Origin: Longimicrobiales bacterium
Lineage (GTDB): Bacteria; Gemmatimonadota; Gemmatimonadetes; Longimicrobiales; Gaopeijiaceae
Assembly (NCBI GenBank): GCA_041690395.1
Contig: JAWLHJ010000005.1
Coordinates: 160,001 to 224,000, forward strand
Direction of reading: 5' to 3'
DNA: 64,000 nucleotides
A program made the translations under genes and the position numbers. Positions within the stretch are counted from its first letter, which is position 1, and each line of letters starts with the position of its first letter. The notes below the pieces were generated by a model. That model was not told the origin of the DNA. It made no database searches and saw only the letters and a program-made list of their open reading frames with translations. Shown here in pieces: positions 62,539-64,000 of the stretch.

Positions 62539-63513
62539 TCACGCGCGCTCGGCCTTCAGCTCTCCTCGCGCCCGCCTCCGGACCATGCGGCTGAAGAGGC
62601 TGAGCTCCTGGTCGAAGACGAAGCGCAGGAGGAGCCCCGTCCACGATCCGTGGTACTCGAGGCCTTCGTAGTACTCGGGCGCCGCCTCCTTGAGGTGCGG
62701 CAGCCGGTTCCAGGGGATGGACGGGAAGTCGTGGTGCTCGTTGTGATAGCCCACGTTCATCGCCACGACGTTCGCGAGGCCGTAGTAGCTGTAGGTCTCC
62801 TGGGGATCGCTGGTCAGGTAGTGTTCCTGGATCCAGCGGGCGCCGAGCGGATGGAGGCCCACGGCGAAGAAGAACGAGGCGAGCAGGTAGCCGACGGCAC
62901 CCCATCCCCAGAGAACGACGACGGACGAAGCGACGAGCGCCGCGCTCCCCCAGTTGAGCAGGACCCAGCGGTTCAGGAAGGCGATCTGCTTGAGGCGTGG
63001 AGGGCGGGTCAGCTGGAAGACGGGGAACAGCAGCAGCCACAGGCTCTTCCCGAGCGCGCCGCACCCGATCAGGCGCGCCTCCCAGCGGCTCGGCAGGTCG
63101 GCGTCCAGGTCGTAGACGCCCTGGTGCGCGTGATGCATGAGGTGGTATCCCCGGAAGGAGATCGCGGCGGGAAGCACGTTCACCACGTCGGCCAGGATCC
63201 CGGCCACGTGGTTCTGCCAACGCCGCTCGAAGATCAGGTTGTGCGCCGCCTCGTGGATCATGACGTACATCGCGTGGTTCACGAATGCGCCGACGAGCCA
63301 CGCGACGGCGAGGATCGCCCACCACGGCGCACCGGCGAGCCGCCACGCGAGGGTCATCTGCAGCGCAACGCCCGCGACGATGATGCCGAACGACCACGGA
63401 TTCCGCCCGATCAACTCCCTCACCTCGGGGTGATCCCGGAGGATGTCCCGCGTGCGGAGGTGGTGCGGCTCGGGTGTGTCGACGACGCGGAACGCGCCGT
63501 TCTCTCTTGCCAT
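62539..63513 (-). CDS. Sphingolipid delta-4 desaturase/C4-hydroxylase-like (DES/DEGS) membrane desaturase
   Basis: N-terminal EPH..R...IL..HPEV..L.G; His boxes HEAAH, HLMHH, HNEHH; D.DLPS..E; ETYSYYG; NVGYHNEHHDFP; APEYY; 324 aa. Confidence 0.85.
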   Translation of the reverse strand: MARENGAFRVVDTPEPHHLRTRDILRDHPEVRELIGRNPWSFGIIVAGVALQMTLAWRLAGAPWWAILAVAWLVGAFVNHAMYVMIHEAAHNLIFERRWQNHVAGILADVVNVLPAAISFRGYHLMHHAHQGVYDLDADLPSRWEARLIGCGALGKSLWLLLFPVFQLTRPPRLKQIAFLNRWVLLNWGSAALVASSVVVLWGWGAVGYLLASFFFAVGLHPLGARWIQEHYLTSDPQETYSYYGLANVVAMNVGYHNEHHDFPSIPWNRLPHLKEAAPEYYEGLEYHGSWTGLLLRFVFDQELSLFSRMVRRRARGELKAERA

Positions 63514-63666
63514 GGGGTGCTCGGACTTCGGGGACGCGTAGGAGCCGCCGGGAGGGCCGGAAGCTACCCGGCGAAGGGTATCGTGCAACCCACACCATGT
63601 GCCCGTCCGCGGGGGCGCCCGTATACTCCCAGGGAACGAACCGTGACCCGAGACATTCCGAGGACC

Positions 63667-64000
63667 ATGTTCCGTACGCTATTGAAGATCGCGGCCGCGA
63701 TCGCCCTCTTCGCGCCCTCCGTCGCCGCCCAGCAGCTCTCATCCGAGGAGTCCCGCATCGTCGAGGCCGTCTCGGCGAACCAGGCCGAGGCGGTGGCCCT
63801 GCTGGAGGAGACGGTCAACATCAACAGCGGCACGCTGAACGTCGAGGGCCAGCGCAGGGTCTACGACGTGACGGCACCCTACTTCGAGGCGTTGGGCTTC
63901 GACGTGCAGTACGTCCTCTCGGGCGTGGAGCAGCGGGGCGGCCACCTCGTGGCCACCCGGACGGGCTCCCGGGGCGAGCACATCCTCCTCATCGGTCACA
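63667..64000 (+). CDS. Exported M20 peptidase (carboxypeptidase G2-like), runs off the window end
   Basis: My translation: signal peptide, LLEETVNINSGTLN, ALGF, ILLIGH; not in the ORF track because it has no stop. Confidence 0.8.
   Translation, partial: MFRTLLKIAAAIALFAPSVAAQQLSSEESRIVEAVSANQAEAVALLEETVNINSGTLNVEGQRRVYDVTAPYFEALGFDVQYVLSGVEQRGGHLVATRTGSRGEHILLIGH

Overview
Very GC-rich bacterial chromosome segment. The gene repertoire (PadR plus duplicated orphan permease, many exported M14/M20/amidase hydrolases, proteins with carboxypeptidase-regulatory-like domains) suggests Gemmatimonadota or a similar lineage; this is an inference. From left to right: a PAS-kinase/receiver cluster enclosing an isolated Na+-type MotA/MotB stator pair; a TPP riboswitch with thiC; a less GC-rich islet with an AbrB-Doc toxin-antitoxin pair whose Doc lacks the catalytic His; exported propeller proteins, one with a c-type heme motif; a lone infA; an ECF sigma remnant; BON-MscS; a redox-type cluster (Prx6, SLC13/TrkA-C, CBS, DUF2892, ECF/anti-sigma); an ATP-grasp and lipoproteins with sigma54-like promoters; M14 peptidases including an apparently dead+active tandem pair; a TonB-dependent receptor; PadR-ADOP; tdh-kbl; cytochrome c'; a two-component system; a methyltransferase-FAD oxidoreductase-type III PKS cassette; a ~307-bp highly self-complementary MITE-like element; two amidases; yebC-ruvC-ruvA; a serine hydrolase; a eukaryote-like sphingolipid delta-4 desaturase (DES/DEGS) homologue; and a partial M20 peptidase. 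No rRNA, tRNA, CRISPR array or transposase was recognised. All calls come from motif recognition by eye; no database search was run, and some start codons are best guesses.
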